From Candidatus Lutacidiplasmatales archaeon (GTDB lineage: Archaea > Thermoplasmatota > Thermoplasmata > Lutacidiplasmatales > UBA184), in NCBI GenBank assembly GCA_044451945.1, contig JBIOKR010000005.1:4573-68572 (forward strand): a stretch of DNA of 64,000 bases, written 5' to 3'. Each line of letters opens with the position of its first letter. Positions within the stretch are counted from its first letter, which is position 1. Shown in pieces: positions 1 to 10,397 of the stretch. The notes beneath the pieces are model-generated. The model had not been told where the DNA came from. It did no database searches and was given only the letters and a program-made list of their open reading frames with translations. The translations under genes were made by a program, and so were the position numbers.

Positions 1-1
1 C

Positions 2-232
2 GTCCCGCTGCTCGAGGAGATCTCGCGTCTCTCCCGGGAGTTGCGAAAGGTGAACGTCGCCGGGGAGGGTGGCGAGTACGAGACGCTCGTCGTGGATGCT
101 CCGTTCTTTGCGCAGCGGATCGAGATCGATGTCGGCGAAAGGGAAGAGGGAGGCGGGGCGTTCCGGCTGAACATCCGCACCGCCCACCTCGTCCCCAAGA
201 CGACGGCCGCCCTCCCCCCCAAGGTGAATTAG
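2..232 (+). CDS. Diphthine--ammonia ligase (Dph6 family), 3' end only; truncated by the window edge
   Basis: Motif NVAGEGGEYETLVVDAPFF is typical of the Dph6/PP-loop ATPase C-terminus. The frame is open back to the window start. Confidence 0.85.
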   Translation, partial: VPLLEEISRLSRELRKVNVAGEGGEYETLVVDAPFFAQRIEIDVGEREEGGGAFRLNIRTAHLVPKTTAALPPKVN

Positions 233-253
233 GGGAACCCGCTCGGGCCGTTC

Positions 254-1006
254 GTGACCCGTCCCGCTACCCCGCCGGCCGGCGCGAACCGAGCCGCCCG
301 CGCGCTGGGGGACCCCCGCTCCGTACCCGACATGCGCTGGCTCGGTCGTCTCTCGGGGGCCGACCCGGACGAACTTCAGCAAGTGCTGGGGGAGCTCGGC
401 GAAAAGGTCGAACTCGAGCGGACGGTCCATGGCGCCCACCTCTCCCACGGCCGGGACTTCTATGCCCAGTTCCGTGCCCCCTTCGAGCTGTATGCCATCG
501 TTCGCCTAATCCGGCCCGCCCACGTCATCGAGACCGGGGTCTCCTCGGGGGTCTCCTCGATGCACCTGCTGCTCGGGCTGAACGCCAATCGCCGGGGGCA
601 GCTGCACTCCATCGACCTGCCGACCCACCAGGCGGGGCCGGTCCTCTCTCCGAGCGAGTCGCCGGTCTGCATTCCCCCGGGCCTCGACTCCGGATGGGCA
701 GTCCCGCGTTCCCTGCGTCGCCGCTGGGACCTACGGATCGGCCGCTCCCAAGACGTGCTGCCTCATCTCGTTCGGGAGTTGCCGAGCGTCGACCTCTTCC
801 TTCACGATAGCCACCATACCCCAAGCCATCTCACCTTTGAGCTCGAGGCGGTCCGGCCGAAACTTCACCCCGGCTCCGTCGTGATGGCGGACAACACGAT
901 CTGGACGGGGCAGGCGTTCGACCGGTTCGCGCGCTCTGTGGGGGCCCCGGTGCTTCGACGGCGCCGGAGCGACCTGGTCGCTCTACGCATCCCCGGATCC
1001 CCCTAG
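254..1006 (+). CDS. Class I SAM-dependent methyltransferase (Methyltransf_24-like)
   Basis: Motifs VIETGVSSGVSS, LHSIDLP, VDLFLHDSHH and LHPGSVVMADN. Confidence 0.8.
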   Translation: MTRPATPPAGANRAARALGDPRSVPDMRWLGRLSGADPDELQQVLGELGEKVELERTVHGAHLSHGRDFYAQFRAPFELYAIVRLIRPAHVIETGVSSGVSSMHLLLGLNANRRGQLHSIDLPTHQAGPVLSPSESPVCIPPGLDSGWAVPRSLRRRWDLRIGRSQDVLPHLVRELPSVDLFLHDSHHTPSHLTFELEAVRPKLHPGSVVMADNTIWTGQAFDRFARSVGAPVLRRRRSDLVALRIPGSP

Positions 1007-1054
1007 TCACGGCCGCGGCAACGCATATCTGTAGTCCTTTTCTCGAGGGGATCG

Positions 1055-2773
<1,719 letters not shown>

Positions 2774-3182
2774 ATATCCTTAACGAAAAGCGGCTTCCGA
2801 GCGGGGGATGCTCCGCCGGGCCGCATCCTCCCCCGACCGATAGCCAGCGGGCGGTGTGGGCGGAACTTGGCCAAACTCGTCCGACACATGGTGGTTGACC
2901 GTCACCCCCGCCAGAGTGGGAAGTTGACCTGGAGCTGACGAGGGGACAACTCTCGGGTCGGCCCGTAGTTCGGAAGCGCTGAAGGAACTCCCAAACACCC
3001 GGATCCTCCCCAACGGCGAACGCTACCCCAGGCGGAGCCTCGGTCGGCCCGCAGAGATTCCCCCCATTTAGTCGACCACCGGGGCTGCTCATTGTCGGGG
3101 GGTCGGCTTCCCGCGACGAGTAGGACACAGGAAATCGAAGTGCCGAAGCGGTAAAGAGGTCCCGGCCGTATTCGCTCTCGAC

Positions 3183-3599
3183 TTGGTCTTCACCGTGCTC
3201 GGGAGGGTAGCGAGGCCCCTCGGATGGATCGCCATCGGAGTGACCACAGGTCTCCTGGTCGGCTTGATCTCTGCACCTTCGGTTGACAGGCTCATTCACC
3301 CGAGCCACTCACCCACCACCCCGGACTATCCGATCTGGTGTTCCAGCCCGAACCCCCAAGCTGGATACAATTATTCGGCGGTGTACGAGACGAGCAACGG
3401 GACAATCTCGTCGTTCGGTGGGTTCTCCGGTGGCGCATTTGCGACCGCCGGCCCAGGGGAGCTTGTGCTGCCTATCGGGACGGGCAGTTACTCCAACCAG
3501 ACCCTAATCCACAGCATGTTCTGCTACGTGAACCAAGGGCACTCGGGGGGTTTCCCATTCCACGTCGACCTTTCTACCAAGGAAGTTGTTTGGGGCTGA
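3183..3599 (+). CDS. Hypothetical membrane-anchored or secreted protein
   Basis: N-terminal hydrophobic segment, two Cys and N-glycosylation sequons (NYS, NGT, NQT). Start uncertain. Confidence 0.55.
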   Translation: MVFTVLGRVARPLGWIAIGVTTGLLVGLISAPSVDRLIHPSHSPTTPDYPIWCSSPNPQAGYNYSAVYETSNGTISSFGGFSGGAFATAGPGELVLPIGTGSYSNQTLIHSMFCYVNQGHSGGFPFHVDLSTKEVVWG

Positions 3600-3697
3600 A
3601 TCAAGGATCTCGTTTCGTGACACCCCCGCGCACCACGGCCTGAAGAGCTCGAGCGTGGAGCGTCTGATTTCGTGCTCTGGCGGTTCAGACTCGGATT

Positions 3698-4237
3698 CTA
3701 AGGCGTCGGCAGCTCCCGCTCCTTCCGCTGGGTTCCTTTGGAAGGGATAGCGACGGCGGCGACCATGGCCACCGCACCCACCACCATGAGCCCGACCGCG
3801 ACCAAACCACCGAAGGGAGCCTCACTGTAGGTGACACTGACCGTTATGTTCGAGCCGGGGGCGAAGGCACCCGGAAATACCATGAAGAGCTCCCCGGGCC
3901 CACCTGTCCAGGTCAGCGAGCCAGCGGTCCCGGGCCCGCGGGCTACGGGAGAGGAGTTGGGGTCAAACTGGGAGCAGTTCGCGCTGTGCCCGCAACTATA
4001 GACCTTGAGGTCGCCACCACTCGCGGTCGGCCATCCGCTCGAGCTCCAAGTCGCGGTGTACATGATCTGAAGTCCCAGGATGTTGTTTCCGACCGGAGCG
4101 GTCACGTTCTCGGCGTAGAAGGTTCGAGCGCTCGAGGAAAACGTCCGTGGAGGGAACGATCCATGCGTAGGCGCCACCCAGAGGAAAGACCCTCCGATTA
4201 CGATCAATAGACCAACCGCGAGAATCCACCGCCTCAA
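3698..4237 (-). CDS. Hypothetical membrane protein with N- and C-terminal TM helices
   Basis: GGAGG lies just before a TTG start. Sequence begins RRWILAVGLLIVIGG, has a C-x4-C motif, and ends in a TM helix with a basic tail. Confidence 0.7.
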   Translation of the reverse strand: MRRWILAVGLLIVIGGSFLWVAPTHGSFPPRTFSSSARTFYAENVTAPVGNNILGLQIMYTATWSSSGWPTASGGDLKVYSCGHSANCSQFDPNSSPVARGPGTAGSLTWTGGPGELFMVFPGAFAPGSNITVSVTYSEAPFGGLVAVGLMVVGAVAMVAAVAIPSKGTQRKERELPTP

Positions 4238-4337
4238 GGTCGCCTCCGGGGCCGCGATTGGTTACGGGGTCATAGACGTTGCTTCGTTGGTCGCTCGCTG
4301 CCCCCCAACCAGAAGGGCGCCTTTTTTGAAAGCGGCG

Positions 4338-4892
4338 GTGCATGGCCAGCCGCGCGTCCTCCGGAAGCGAAGCAGTATTACTTCCGAGCGCCTCTCCCCT
4401 CCTTCGAGCGCGACCCCAACCCTCGTGGGGAAGGAGGCGGATCCGACGACCGAAGGAGTTCCGATAGCGAGCACAACTGAACCGGCGGCTCCTGTCCGCC
4501 GAAGGCGAATCTCACCCACCGATAGGAAGAGTCGTCGAATCTTCGTCGCTGTGATCGCCGTCCTCGTGGCCGTTCCAATCGTGGTGGCGGTCTACGAGGA
4601 GGATCGTCCCCGGGGCTACCAGTTCGTTCTGAGCAACAACTTGCACACCCCAATCCAAGTGGCCGTCGCGATCGATGGGACAACGGTCTATGATGGGAAC
4701 ATTACGGGATGGGGCGGCTTTATCCACAACGGGACGGACCCGTGGTACATCAACGACTGCATCGAGCATTCGATCGTGGTAATCACCAACCTCAGTTCTC
4801 CGAACTGGGATGGCCGATGGAGCGGCGGCATCGGGGATTGCCCGGGGCAGCATACCGTCTTGAAGGAGTTCACTTCCCAGTTACAGTGGTAG
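4338..4892 (+). CDS. Hypothetical single-pass membrane protein
   Basis: Basic stretch, then TM RRIFVAVIAVLVAVPIVVAVY, then a beta-rich extracellular domain with sequons. Start uncertain. Confidence 0.6.
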   Translation: MHGQPRVLRKRSSITSERLSPPSSATPTLVGKEADPTTEGVPIASTTEPAAPVRRRRISPTDRKSRRIFVAVIAVLVAVPIVVAVYEEDRPRGYQFVLSNNLHTPIQVAVAIDGTTVYDGNITGWGGFIHNGTDPWYINDCIEHSIVVITNLSSPNWDGRWSGGIGDCPGQHTVLKEFTSQLQW

Positions 4893-5033
4893 GCCGGTTG
4901 CGACCGGTGCCGTTCCCGTCTCGCTCTCATCGACCGCGATTCGACCCCCCGGCAAAGGGTGGGTTGATTCCCGGCTACGGTAGGGCACTTCCCGCTCGGC
5001 TTAGCTCAGCGAATCCGCTGGGTCAGGGGGTCG

Positions 5034-5276
5034 TCATTGCGTTCTCATGCGAGCCGCGTCCCCAGGGGGAGCATGCCGGCTGGTGTCGCCACCTTTCCAC
5101 CGTGCCGGTCGGGCAAACCATGCGGCTGCAAGTATGCCAAATAGGAGCGCCGTTCCGGCCCAAAAGTCTGGTGGAAGACCGAGAATCCAAAGGTCAGGAG
5201 AGTTCGCCAAACCGTCCGCAATCACCCCCCAGGTGCAGATGATCACCATTGCCCCAATGATTCGGACCGCTCGCAT
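5034..5276 (-). CDS. Small two-TM hypothetical protein
   Basis: MRAVRIIGAMVIICTWGVIA...FWAGTALLFGILAAAWFA. Confidence 0.5.
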   Translation of the reverse strand: MRAVRIIGAMVIICTWGVIADGLANSPDLWILGLPPDFWAGTALLFGILAAAWFARPARWKGGDTSRHAPPGDAARMRTQ

Positions 5277-5361
5277 GGATTGCGGTAGCTGCCCCCAAGG
5301 TAAAGGCCTGCGCACGGCGGTGGGTCGACTGGGGCGGACCCGCGCGAATCGCGTCCCCCGG

Positions 5362-6282
5362 CTAAGTCTCAGCTACCGAGGTCAGAAGGACCTTGCCCAC
5401 CGGCGCGGAAAACTGGACATTGGTCCAGGCGGTGAAGTTCGAGAGACTCGCGTTCCCGACCGAACAGCGAGTGGAAGAGGTGACCGTCATTGAGAACTTG
5501 AGGACGTAGTGGTCACCTCTTGTCATCCCGGTCAACAGCGGAACCTTCCAGGAGAAGCTTCCGCAGTGGGACACGTTGAGAGAGAATCCAGTATTCGGAT
5601 AAACCGATGAGGAGCAGCCCGAACTACTCGAGCAGGCCGAGAGATTGGAGGCATAGTCCAGGATGTACGAGAAGTTGGTGGTCGAGCTGAACGACGTGTT
5701 CGACGTGAGGTCAAAGATGTACGCTTGCCCAGTCAGTTCAGTCTCAAGCCCCCGGTCGCAGAACGAGTAACCGGGATGTCCAATGGTCTTGCATTTGCCC
5801 CATGAGAACAGCATGCTGGTGGAGTCGTTGTACGTGATATTAGCGAAAACTGTTGGAGTTCCCGCGCGATAGGACAGATTCACAGAAGCGTCGAACCCAC
5901 CGGTCACCTCGGCGTATCGAGTTGATGACGTGTTACCCAACGAGTAGGTATGGCAAGAAGTCGCCCAGGTCGTGTAATTGTAGTGGGCTTGGCCCGTCCG
6001 GAGAACGAATCGCGGGTTTCCTCCGGCCCAGGCCGACATGCACCCCTTGCCGCCTGTCAATCCACGGTGACAAAGGCTCGAGTCCAGGCAGATGGCATTG
6101 TAGTGAGTGGCGGTGCCGCTGTATGGAGGTGTCAGGACCAAGACCGACGAAGATGGTACGGGGGTGGCCAACGCGAGCGGATTGAGCGTGATCAATCCCA
6201 TCGCAGCTGCGAGGACCAATGGCAAGAGGGCCCGGGGTCCGGGGACGGTCGTCACGGGTCCACCGCCTCGTGTTCCGCCCAT
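5362..6282 (-). CDS. Secreted Cys-containing beta-rich protein (paralogue family member A)
   Basis: Signal-like LLPLVLAAAMGLITL. Motif PPYSG...C...FVLRTG...C is shared with the genes at 9052, 54230 and 55249. Start at 6282 or 6255. Confidence 0.7.
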   Translation of the reverse strand: MGGTRGGGPVTTVPGPRALLPLVLAAAMGLITLNPLALATPVPSSSVLVLTPPYSGTATHYNAICLDSSLCHRGLTGGKGCMSAWAGGNPRFVLRTGQAHYNYTTWATSCHTYSLGNTSSTRYAEVTGGFDASVNLSYRAGTPTVFANITYNDSTSMLFSWGKCKTIGHPGYSFCDRGLETELTGQAYIFDLTSNTSFSSTTNFSYILDYASNLSACSSSSGCSSSVYPNTGFSLNVSHCGSFSWKVPLLTGMTRGDHYVLKFSMTVTSSTRCSVGNASLSNFTAWTNVQFSAPVGKVLLTSVAET

Positions 6283-6744
6283 CTCCGGCGAGATGCGGCC
6301 CGCGTAGATACGTTCTCCCAGACGGCGTCGGCCAGTCTGCCGAATTTCCGGAAGCTTCGCAGTCTCGACGACCCTGAACTCCGCCCAAAGACCGCGCAGG
6401 GCGGACCCCGCATTGACTCTCAACCGGACCGAGTACCTATGGGAACCTCCGATTCGGGAACGGTCACGAATTGTACTTGCTGGTCCGGGTCCTCATGATT
6501 CTGATCCTCAGGTGATGACGGATTTGTTCTACTTCCCCCGAATCAGGTCGGCGGTTCCATTTCTGCTGGCCCGGATGGCTCTCGACATCGCCGAAACTGA
6601 GTCGCACGTGCGCCCCCAGGCAGATCGGAGACTCTCCGAAGGCTGACGTGCTGCTCCGGGGGGGACGCTTGGGCAGCCAGCCATCCGCGCTAAGGGGACC
6701 CCCACCGCCGGACGTTTATCGAAGAGGAGCTCCGGTCCCAGACC

Positions 6745-8154
6745 GTGGCGAACGAGGAGTACCGCGCGACGCTCGCGCACCTCTACGGGCTGCGCCGTTT
6801 CGGGATGCGCCCCGGCCTCGAGGTCATCCGATCCCTCCTCGGCGCGCTCGACCACCCCGAGGAGCGATTCCGGGCGATCCACGTCACCGGGAGCAAGGGG
6901 AAAGGCTCAGTCTCGGCGATCGCTGCCGAGATCCTCGAGGCGTCCGGCCGCCCGACCGGCCGATTCACCTCCCCTCACCTCAAGAGCTACCGGGAGCGGA
7001 TCCAGGTCCGTCGTCGGCCGATCTCCGCCTCGGCGGTGGTCGACGGTGTGGCCCGGGTCCGAGAAGCGAGCGATGAGCTCCTTCGCAAGGGGGCCATCGA
7101 TCGCAACCCGACGTTCTTCGAGGTGACTACCGCACTCGCGTTCGACCACTTTGCCCGGAAAGGGGTGGAACACGCGGTCATCGAAGCGGGGTTGGGGGGC
7201 CGCCTCGATTCGACGAACGTCCTCCGGTCGACCGTCGGCGTCGTCACCACCATCGAGCTCGAGCACACCGAGATCCTCGGGCCGACGGAGAGGGATATCG
7301 CGCAGGAGAAGGCCGGCATCTTCCACGCGGGGATCCGTGGGATCGTAGGCGAGCTCAAGGCGCCGGCCCGCGATGCGCTCGAGGCGACTGCACGGGGGGC
7401 CGGTGTGCCGCTCTGGCATCTCGGCCGTCAGATCCAGGTCCGGGGGCGACGGTTGGAGCCGGGGGGCCAGCGTCTCGACATCACGACCCCGCCGGGCAGC
7501 TTCGACGACCTTGGGCTTCCGCTGGCCGGAAGCTTCCAGGCCGGCAACGCCGCGCTCGCTATCGCCGCCGCGCTCGAGCACGCACGCTCCCTGGGTGCGC
7601 CGATCACCGAGTCGGAGCTTCGAAAGGGGTTGGGGCATGTCCGCTGGCGGGGCCGACTCGAAAAGCTCCCGGGCCGCCCCGACCTGTACGTCGACGTCGC
7701 CCACACTCCGGAGAGCGCTCGGGCCCTTGCCTTAAGCCTCGGGGAGATTGCGCCGTTCGAGGAGCCTCAGGAGAACGCGATCGTCTTCGGCTGCCTTGAC
7801 GACAAGCGGGTCGACCCGATCTTCGAGGCGCTCGCCCCGCTCGCTCGCACGCTGGTCGCCGTGCCCGTCCGCTCGGCCCGCTCGCTCGACACCGCCGCGC
7901 TCCGGCGGATCGCGGTGGGGCGTTTCCCCCGCGTGGTCGTCTCGCCCGACCTCCCGACCGGTTTCGCCCTCGCCCGAGCGGCCACCGGTCCGGACGGCTT
8001 TACCCTCGTCACCGGTAGCGACTATCTAGTCGGCGAACTCCTAAGGAACCTCGAGGGCGGAGAGGACGAGCCGGACCTCTCGGACGTCGTGACCGCCGCC
8101 GCTTCCGACGAAGTGGTGCGGCCGAGAGCGCCGTCGACCGCGGGGGACCGTTGA
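6745..8154 (+). CDS. folC: Folylpolyglutamate synthase / dihydrofolate synthase
   Basis: Motifs HVTGSKGKGS, FTSPHL, TFFEVTT, EAGLGGRLDSTN, WRGRLE and DVAHTP. Confidence 0.93.
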   Translation: MANEEYRATLAHLYGLRRFGMRPGLEVIRSLLGALDHPEERFRAIHVTGSKGKGSVSAIAAEILEASGRPTGRFTSPHLKSYRERIQVRRRPISASAVVDGVARVREASDELLRKGAIDRNPTFFEVTTALAFDHFARKGVEHAVIEAGLGGRLDSTNVLRSTVGVVTTIELEHTEILGPTERDIAQEKAGIFHAGIRGIVGELKAPARDALEATARGAGVPLWHLGRQIQVRGRRLEPGGQRLDITTPPGSFDDLGLPLAGSFQAGNAALAIAAALEHARSLGAPITESELRKGLGHVRWRGRLEKLPGRPDLYVDVAHTPESARALALSLGEIAPFEEPQENAIVFGCLDDKRVDPIFEALAPLARTLVAVPVRSARSLDTAALRRIAVGRFPRVVVSPDLPTGFALARAATGPDGFTLVTGSDYLVGELLRNLEGGEDEPDLSDVVTAAASDEVVRPRAPSTAGDR

Positions 8155-8951
8155 AGCGAGCGCCGCCGCTCGACTGGGAGGTCGTGCTCGACCGGCTCTC
8201 CGCGTTCTACGGCCGGGGCGATTGGCGGGTGCCGTACCTGCGCGACCACGCCGAAGACCCGTTCCAGGTGCTCATCGGCACCATCCTCTCCCAACGGACC
8301 CGTGACGAGAACACCGACCGGGCCTCGGCCAAGCTGTTCGCGAAGTATCCGGACGCGGCTGGGCTCGCCCGCGCGACCCCAAAGGCGATCGAGGCGCTCA
8401 TCCGGGAGACCGGATTCTACCGCACCAAAGCCCGCCACATCCGCGCATGCGCCCAACAGGTCCTCGAGCGGTTCCACGGGGTGGTCCCCCCCGACCTCGA
8501 CACCTTACTCACCTTACCCGGCGTCGGCCCGAAGACCGCAAACTGCGTGCTCGTGTTCGGTTACGGGATCCCCGGAGTTCCGGTCGACACCCACGTTCAC
8601 CGGATCTCGAACCGGATCGGGGCGGTCCGGACGAAGACCCCCGAGGAGACGGAAGCCCAACTCCGGGAACGCCTCCCTCGGGAGTACTGGATCCCGATCA
8701 ACCCGCTTCTCGTGCAGCACGGACAGAACCTCTGCCGTCCGAACGGACCGTTGTGCGAGCGGTGCCCGATCGCCGACATTTGCCCGACCGGGGTCGCCCG
8801 CACGCTGGGCCGCCCGACGCCTCGGCCCGAGGACCGGGTCGCCCGGGGCGCGTCAGCCGCCCGCCAAGGAAGGCGTCGGCCTCCGTCCGCACGACGACCA
8901 ACGCGCGGTGCGCGCTCATCGCCCAGGAAATCGTCGGCGTCAGCCCCCTAA
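8151..8951 (+). CDS. nth: Endonuclease III
   Basis: ILSQRTRD, HhH motif LPGVGPKTA, VDTHVHR, and the C-x6-C-x2-C-x5-C [4Fe-4S] motif. Overlaps folC by 4 bp. Confidence 0.93.
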   Translation: MKRAPPLDWEVVLDRLSAFYGRGDWRVPYLRDHAEDPFQVLIGTILSQRTRDENTDRASAKLFAKYPDAAGLARATPKAIEALIRETGFYRTKARHIRACAQQVLERFHGVVPPDLDTLLTLPGVGPKTANCVLVFGYGIPGVPVDTHVHRISNRIGAVRTKTPEETEAQLRERLPREYWIPINPLLVQHGQNLCRPNGPLCERCPIADICPTGVARTLGRPTPRPEDRVARGASAARQGRRRPPSARRPTRGARSSPRKSSASAP

Positions 8952-9051
8952 CGCCGCCCCGGTCCGTCAACGAACCCGATCCGGGATCACCGGTGGGCCT
9001 GCCCACCCTGTCGGGAAGAACCGACCTCGGCGAAGGCTCGGCCCGAACCCC

Positions 9052-10149
9052 CTACGAGACCCGGACCCAATTGAGAGAGAACCCGTTGCCCCGCGTCGCC
9101 AGGTTCAGGGCGGCGCCGGCCGATCCGTGGGACCATCCGTTGAGCGTGACGGAGGTTGCGCCTTGAAGGTAGATGATCCAGATGTAGTGGTGAGAGTTAA
9201 TGAACGTCCCATTGCACCAAGCGGTACCCGTCAGCGTACCGGAGTCGCTGAAGCTGGTGCTCGTCCCCTTGACCCCCGTTACGTAGTCGGCCCAGTACGA
9301 GGTGGTCGAGACGTTGCCGCTCGTGCAGGCATACGAACTGTTCCGCCACTTGCCGTGGTTCCACAACGTCGCGTTGCCGCACGCCCAGTTGGTCGTGTTG
9401 TAGGTCTCCGTCACCTCTGCGACCACGGACGTTCTGAAGCCGAAGGTGGAACTGGGATCACGGGTCGAATAGTTCGTGAGGTCCTCGACGTACGAATTGA
9501 GGACGAGGCCGACGGAGCTCCACACAAGGCAGGTTCCGTACTCGTAGGAATACTGGGCATAGTAGTAGTACGTCGACTTGTTGAAGACCGGTCCCCCGGG
9601 CGGTGGGGATCCCGCCCAGCTGTTGCCGTTGAAGTACTCGACGGTGGTGAGATTGCCCGGGACGAGTAGCGCGTGGCAGTTCCCCAAGCGCGACCCGTCG
9701 AACGCTCCGCCGGTCGCGCGCCATCCCAGGAACAGATTGGCCCCGACGTGATGGAACCCGTTGGTGGGAACGCCGAAATGGACAGATAGTTCGATTGCAC
9801 CGGTGGTGTCGGCGCCGCTCCCGGTGAGAGGCACCGCCGAGGGGCACGGCTTCGCCTTCGATAGGGACGCTCCCCCACCGTTCCCCGTCCGCAGGTCAAA
9901 GTGCCATTTGACGACGTTCGCCGCCGAACCGCAACCACTGGCCCCGAGAGAATTGATGGGGAAGGTACCGCCCCGATAGGGTGCCCCGTGTGAGTTCGTG
10001 CCGGGATGTGCCCCCCAACCCGCCGGGGCGACCATCAGCAGCACCGTCACTCCAGCCAGCACCGCGGCCCACGCGCTCCTTCCGGGGCGCCGTCGCGCAC
10101 GGACCGTCCGGGTCCACACCAAGCCCGCATTCCGTACTGTTCCTCCCAT
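9052..10149 (-). CDS. Secreted Cys-containing beta-rich protein (paralogue family member B)
   Basis: Signal-like AWAAVLAGVTVLLMVAPAGWG. Motif GAPYRGG...C...FDLRTG...C, C-terminus NLATRGNGFSLNWVRVS, many sequons. Confidence 0.75.
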   Translation of the reverse strand: MGGTVRNAGLVWTRTVRARRRPGRSAWAAVLAGVTVLLMVAPAGWGAHPGTNSHGAPYRGGTFPINSLGASGCGSAANVVKWHFDLRTGNGGGASLSKAKPCPSAVPLTGSGADTTGAIELSVHFGVPTNGFHHVGANLFLGWRATGGAFDGSRLGNCHALLVPGNLTTVEYFNGNSWAGSPPPGGPVFNKSTYYYYAQYSYEYGTCLVWSSVGLVLNSYVEDLTNYSTRDPSSTFGFRTSVVAEVTETYNTTNWACGNATLWNHGKWRNSSYACTSGNVSTTSYWADYVTGVKGTSTSFSDSGTLTGTAWCNGTFINSHHYIWIIYLQGATSVTLNGWSHGSAGAALNLATRGNGFSLNWVRVS

Positions 10150-10397
10150 TCGTGGTCCCCCGGTGACCCCCCCGCTCAGCCCGAGGATGGTCTCTTGGCC
10201 GCGGGAGCGGTTACGACTACTTACACCTCCGCCAGCCGCTGGACCGTCGACCGTACAGGACGAAGGCGGTGGGCCAACGGGGGACGCGGCGCTGCGGCGA
10301 GGCTCCTGGGGTTGGTTGGGGCGTCGAGCGGGGTGACCAAGCCGCCCGGGCGAATCGCCAAAGCCCTTTTCATCCGAGCCGGCTCCCACCGCGCTCG

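Noticed and set aside
4920-5030. tRNA-like snippets (GATTCGACCCC, GGCTTAGCTCAGC)
   Set aside because: The pieces are in the wrong order and no cloverleaf can be built.
6494-6545. CTGA and GTGATGA resembling C/D-box sRNA elements
   Set aside because: No complete C-D'-C'-D arrangement with guide-length spacing.
8820-8951. Arg-rich C-terminal tails on Nth and several other proteins
   Set aside because: Most simply explained by stop-codon scarcity at high GC; no shared motif.
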